Shown here in pieces: positions 6,490 through 10,041 of a stretch of DNA of 10,041 bases. The DNA comes from Candidatus Omnitrophota bacterium (lineage in GTDB: Bacteria > Omnitrophota > Gorgyraeia > JABMRG01 > JAFGKX01). Within the stretch, counting starts at the first letter, position 1; every line of letters begins with the position of its first letter. Below the pieces are notes generated by a model. It searched no databases, was not told the DNA's origin, and worked only from the letters and a program-made list of their open reading frames with translations. The stretch lies in contig CP070655.1 of the NCBI GenBank assembly GCA_020354945.1, positions 827,811 to 837,851 of the forward strand, given 5' to 3'. Position numbers and translations under genes: made by a program.

Positions 6490-7569
6490 CTATTTTTTCT
6501 GCAGGTATTTATTTGGGAATATGCTCAGGCAGGCATCTACAACTTTTCTATCGAATAGACGTCCTTTATTTCCTTTTATATGCTTTAAGGCCTTTTCAAT
6601 GCCGCGCGCAGGCCTATAAGGCCTATGCGAAGACATGGCTTCAGCAGTATCGGCAACGGCTATAATCCTGGCCGCAAGTGACATATCCTTGCCTCGCAGG
6701 CCTGCCGGATACCCTGAGCCATTGGCTCTTTCGTGGTGCTGTAATACGATTTCAGCAACAGGCCATGGGAATTCCTCGCTTTTCAGGATTTCGTAACCTA
6801 CGCGTGAATGCTCTCTTATAATGTTCATTTCCATCCTGGTTAATTTACGCGGTTTAGTGAGGATTTCTGAGGGGACATATATTTTTCCTATATCATGAAG
6901 AGTGGCAGCTACACGCACGCATTTTATTTGTTCACGGTCAAGATTCATTCTTTTAGCTATGGCGCACGCGAGGTTGCTGACGCGGCGTTGATGCCCTGCT
7001 GTATAGGGGTCTCTCATCTCAACTGTTTTTGCCATAGCCATTATAGTCCCTTCTATCACCTTTTGCAGTTTTTTTACATCTTCTTTATTTCTTTTTTCGG
7101 CCTGTTTTTTTGATGTTATGTCGCGCCATATACCCTGGAGAAAAATCCTACCTCCGATACTGACAGCTCTTGAGCTAATCCATACATCCCTTATTTGCCC
7201 GTTTTTTGTCCTGTGTTTTGATTCAAAAACATCGGAGCCTTTTCTTGTGATATTTTTTATATGCTTTTTAACTTCTTCGGGAGACTCGATAAGCTCAATA
7301 TTTTCTATTTTAAGTTTTTTAAACTCTTCTCTGGTATACCCGAGGTTTTGATGCGCCTTTTCGTTAAACTCGACAATTCTGCCTGTTTCGGGATCCGTTA
7401 GTGTGATGGAATCCGCCGCCTGTTCAAAAAGAGTGCGGTATTTTTCCTCGCTTTCTTTCAAAAGTTGTTCTACATTTTTTTGTCTGGCCGTGTATATCTG
7501 TTGGGATATGTCTATTAGTTTACCGTTATGGGAGGTGTCATTATGATACGGGAAGGCTTGTTTTTGCAT
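6490..7569 (-). CDS. PAS-domain HD-GYP cyclic di-GMP phosphodiesterase (~359 aa)
   Basis: PAS S-box (ESEEKYRTLFEQAADSI...WRDIT), RDPYTAGHQRRV, LHDIGK, HHERANGSGYP, SHRPYR; start taken at ATG 7569 after AGGGA. Confidence 0.93.
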   Translation of the reverse strand: MQKQAFPYHNDTSHNGKLIDISQQIYTARQKNVEQLLKESEEKYRTLFEQAADSITLTDPETGRIVEFNEKAHQNLGYTREEFKKLKIENIELIESPEEVKKHIKNITRKGSDVFESKHRTKNGQIRDVWISSRAVSIGGRIFLQGIWRDITSKKQAEKRNKEDVKKLQKVIEGTIMAMAKTVEMRDPYTAGHQRRVSNLACAIAKRMNLDREQIKCVRVAATLHDIGKIYVPSEILTKPRKLTRMEMNIIREHSRVGYEILKSEEFPWPVAEIVLQHHERANGSGYPAGLRGKDMSLAARIIAVADTAEAMSSHRPYRPARGIEKALKHIKGNKGRLFDRKVVDACLSIFPNKYLQKK

Positions 7570-7576
7570 TTTTGTC

Positions 7577-7710
7577 CCTGAAATAAAAAGCTGGTTCACC
7601 TTTTGGCTCTGCCTCGGCAAACCAGCCACTTTTATCGAATCGCTTTTTATTATTTCAGGATATTTTAAGCTAGCTCCGTAGCTAGCCTGCCCCTGCACAC
7701 TATTATGTGC
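7577..7710 (-). promoter_or_regulatory. Structured 5' leader / candidate attenuator of the HD-GYP gene
   Basis: Hairpins at 7695-7710, 7669-7686 and 7590-7626 (followed by a TTTTTATTT tract), plus an outer helix pairing 7642-7659 with 7577-7591. Confidence 0.5.
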
Positions 7711-7720
7711 GGCATTACTA

Positions 7721-7749
7721 TATATACATTATAAATATAAATAAGTCAA
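7721..7749 (-). promoter_or_regulatory. Putative promoter of the HD-GYP gene
   Basis: TTGACT-N17-TATATA; the -10 register is uncertain in an AT-rich tract. Confidence 0.45.
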
Positions 7750-7854
7750 GGGGTAGCGCCATTTTTTTTGTAGGCACTTCCTGGGCGCTTGGTAGGGGTT
7801 TTTCGGTATTGGTTAGGTTAACTATATCCGTTTCTGTATTTGTCAGGCAATTTA

Positions 7855-8211
7855 CTACAGCGATAATATAATTATGCCGATAGCAATCTGGCAACAGGCG
7901 CCTATTCTGAAGTATGTAAGGGGTAGCTCAGCAGCCCAGTTAAACAGGGCATCAGAGGACTTAGAATTTAGCAGTAAAAATCCCTTTATAATGCCTAAAA
8001 TTCCTAAAATAACCAGTATCTTGGGCAGAATGCCCTGGAATTTAAAGCCGATAGATATTAAAAGGCCCCCTAATACAAGTGCCAATAGTGCGAATAATTT
8101 CCTTAGCCTTCTAAGCCCTTTCTTAAGCAGCCTCTTTTTTAGTACCTGCGGCCTTATTAAAAGTATTATCCCCATACCAAGCCAGATATAACCTACTATT
8201 TTTATAAACAT
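7855..8211 (-). CDS. Small 4-TM membrane protein (DUF2065-like, uncertain)
   Basis: AAGGA RBS, four hydrophobic segments, GIILLIRP motif. Confidence 0.8.
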   Translation of the reverse strand: MFIKIVGYIWLGMGIILLIRPQVLKKRLLKKGLRRLRKLFALLALVLGGLLISIGFKFQGILPKILVILGILGIIKGFLLLNSKSSDALFNWAAELPLTYFRIGACCQIAIGIIILSL

Positions 8212-8268
8212 ATATTTTTCCTTCTACCCTCTGTTTTACCTTAAAAATAAAACCAGGTAGTAATTAAA

Positions 8269-8331
8269 TCAGGTCTTTAATCCTGACATTTTTTACAATT
8301 GATAGAAAATTCAAATTTCAAGACCCGACCC
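8269..8331. repeat. Degenerate REP-like inverted pair
   Basis: TCAGGTCTTTAAT ... TTTCAAGACCCGACCC imperfect inverted repeat in the intergenic gap. Confidence 0.4.
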
Positions 8332-8346
8332 TATTCTTAGGCAGTA

Positions 8347-8859
8347 TTATAAGCCAAAGCTGTTAATTACGCTGGTAGCTATAATGGTAAACATAATTAT
8401 TGATATTATCACTTTAGCCACTATGGAACCGAGCCTTCCCAGGACGCCTCCGGTGGCGGCCTTGAGCGATTTAATAAGGTCTTTTTGAATAATTAACTCG
8501 ACCAGGAAAGCCCCTAAGAAAATGCCAAGAAATGTACCTAAAATAAGCCCTATGCCGAAAAATCCAACCCCTAAAAGCGCTCCTACGATTCCTCCGATGA
8601 TGGCTCCGACAACAGCCGGGTTTGATGCACCTAATCTCTTTGCACCTATTATAATGAAAACATATTCCAGCACTTCGCCGCATAGATAGAGGGTCAATAG
8701 AATTAAAAGCACCTTTAGGCTTATGATAGAAAAACCGGTTAAAAGAGCATATAAAACAGAGCCGATAAGGATAATTAACGTTCCAAATGTTGTAAAGAAA
8801 ATAGCAGCAAAACCAATTAAGCTAAATATTATTAAAATCACTAATGCTATTATTTCCAT
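8347..8859 (-). CDS. DUF456-family (YqgC-like) membrane protein
   Basis: GGAGGT RBS; GAKRLGAS...GAIIGGIVG...GIFLGAFLVE...SLKAATG pattern. Confidence 0.88.
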   Translation of the reverse strand: MEIIALVILIIFSLIGFAAIFFTTFGTLIILIGSVLYALLTGFSIISLKVLLILLTLYLCGEVLEYVFIIIGAKRLGASNPAVVGAIIGGIVGALLGVGFFGIGLILGTFLGIFLGAFLVELIIQKDLIKSLKAATGGVLGRLGSIVAKVIISIIMFTIIATSVINSFGL

Positions 8860-8938
8860 ATTATTACCTCCGTGAAATTAATTTCATTAATTTCATAGGC
8901 GTGTCCCTTCAGCCCACTCCGCTATTTCAACCTCTCTT

Positions 8939-9511
8939 CTACTTGTTCTTTTTTGCTTTTCCCTTTTGGCCTCTCCCTTTGTAGCGTCTGCGGCCTCCAC
9001 TGCTCAAATCATCTTCAATTTCTCTTATTTTTCCTTTATGTTCGCGTTTTAACCGCTTCATCTCCTGCTTAAGTTGCTGCCTCTCCTGCTTTCTTTGCCT
9101 TACTGCTTCATGCACTCTAGCTACAAGTTCTTTTCCCTTTAACCCTTCCCTGCGGCCCTGACGGGCTGCGCGAGAAACTACATTGCCGGCTTCTTTAGGG
9201 CTTTCGCCGTCTTTAACCAAATCATTCATGGAATCGACAGCTTTTTTAAGGTCTCTCCCCGTAATACCTCTGCTAGTCAAATCCCCAACAGTTCTCTTTA
9301 ATCCTCTCTTAGTTGCTCCTCTTCCCAGCATATCTTTTAGCGGTCTTTTTATCTGTTTTAAGCCCTCTGGTGTGCAAATGCCGGCTTTTTCCAATTCACT
9401 GCTTAACTGATTCGCAATGGCGTCGGTATCTTGTTCCTGCGTATAAGCCTTTGGAACAAATAAACAGCTTACACAAAATAACAGCACGCAGATAAGTAAC
9501 GTGTTTTTCAT
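8939..9511 (-). CDS. Exported hypothetical protein (190 aa) with coiled coil and Lys/Arg/Gly-rich tail
   Basis: AAGGAGG RBS before ATG 9511; signal peptide MKNTLLICVLLFCVSCLFVPKAYT. Confidence 0.82.
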   Translation of the reverse strand: MKNTLLICVLLFCVSCLFVPKAYTQEQDTDAIANQLSSELEKAGICTPEGLKQIKRPLKDMLGRGATKRGLKRTVGDLTSRGITGRDLKKAVDSMNDLVKDGESPKEAGNVVSRAARQGRREGLKGKELVARVHEAVRQRKQERQQLKQEMKRLKREHKGKIREIEDDLSSGGRRRYKGRGQKGKAKKNK

Positions 9512-9564
9512 GTTCGCCTCCTTTTGCAATTTTTAGGAACCGCAATACAAAATATCGGTTAGCA

Positions 9565-9660
9565 TTATGATAAAACAGCGGTCAGGTTGAGTCAAGGGAA
9601 ATCTAATCTATTGCGTAATCTATGTGATTATAGCTTGTGTGAGGTAGGTTTTTGGGTAGT
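9565..9660 (+). repeat. Promoter/small-ORF module copy 4 (5'-deleted, premature stop: LIYCVIYVIIACVR*VFG*)
   Basis: Close match to 449-540; TGG->TAG at the conserved Trp codon. Confidence 0.85.
9567..9595 (-). promoter_or_regulatory. sigma70-type promoter for the 9511/DUF456 genes
   Basis: TTGACT-N17-TATCAT; spacer homologous to that at 1996-2024. Confidence 0.72.
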
Positions 9661-9675
9661 TCCGGTCCCCTTTCA

Positions 9676-10041
9676 TTATTCATATCGCAGTGCCTCGACA
9701 GGGTTTAACCCTGCTGCCTGCTGTGCAGGCCAGAGGCCGAAGCCGACGCCAACCACTACAGAAAAAGTTGTGGCAAGAATTACTGCAAACAGAGAAACCT
9801 TTGTTGTCCATCCGGCAAAAGTTGACAAAAGCCCTGCTGTGCCGATGCCGAGGATGACACCGCACGCTCCGCCTAAGGCGGTCATAACAACTGCTTCAAT
9901 AAGAAACTGGGTCATTATATCTATCTTGCGCGCCCCTATTGCCTTGCGAAGGCCTATCTCTCTGGTGCGCTCTGTAACGGAAACGAGCATGATGTTCATA
10001 ATACCTATTCCGCCGACTAAAAGGGAAATGGCTGCAATAGA
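9676..10041 (-). CDS. MacB/FtsX-family ABC transporter permease, C-terminal part
   Basis: [37 protein letters not shown]...QFLIEA...[17 protein letters not shown]; open to the window edge. Confidence 0.95.
   Translation of the reverse strand, partial: SIAAISLLVGGIGIMNIMLVSVTERTREIGLRKAIGARKIDIMTQFLIEAVVMTALGGACGVILGIGTAGLLSTFAGWTTKVSLFAVILATTFSVVVGVGFGLWPAQQAAGLNPVEALRYE

Noticed and set aside
7744-7812. Fifth copy of the promoter module
   Set aside because: Only AGTCAAGGG and a loose GGTAGG..TTTTT.GGTA match; the ATTGCGTAATC core is absent.
7812-7848. attC after the 7855-8211 gene (GCCTGAC 6 nt after the stop)
   Set aside because: No L-box helix and no suitably spaced GTTRRRY partner; probably coincidence.
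449-9660. CRISPR array interpretation of the repeats
   Set aside because: Copies are long, degenerate and kilobases apart, with no regular spacers and no cas genes.
1113-9865. Other short ORF-track calls overlapping long genes (e.g. 1681-1983, 2994-3314, 4070-4315, 6369-6665, 7874-8191, 9183-9410)
   Set aside because: Antisense or off-frame shadows of well-supported CDSs, with no recognisable motifs.

Overview
AT-rich bacterial accessory region in which essentially all long genes lie on the minus strand. The gene style suggests Candidatus Omnitrophota, but this is inference only. From right to left the genes are: MacB/FtsX ABC permease (3' end), exported basic protein, DUF456 protein, small membrane protein, PAS + HD-GYP c-di-GMP phosphodiesterase, truncated tyrosine recombinase, large signal-peptide protein, AsmA-like protein, DUF6717 protein, membrane PP2C/SpoIIE phosphatase and a zf-HC2 anti-sigma factor (5' part). 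The most interesting signals are intergenic. (i) A module occurs 4 times, fusing an outward-facing sigma70 promoter to an unannotated ~41-aa hydrophobic ORF or its decayed remnant. (ii) A c-di-GMP-I riboswitch has its ligand-binding core split by a 70-nt double-hairpin insertion. (iii) Three degenerate copies of a tRNA-Ser-like 3' end (att-like) partition the region. (iv) An integron-type gene cassette (DUF6717) has attC remnants. (v) The HD-GYP gene has a highly structured leader.
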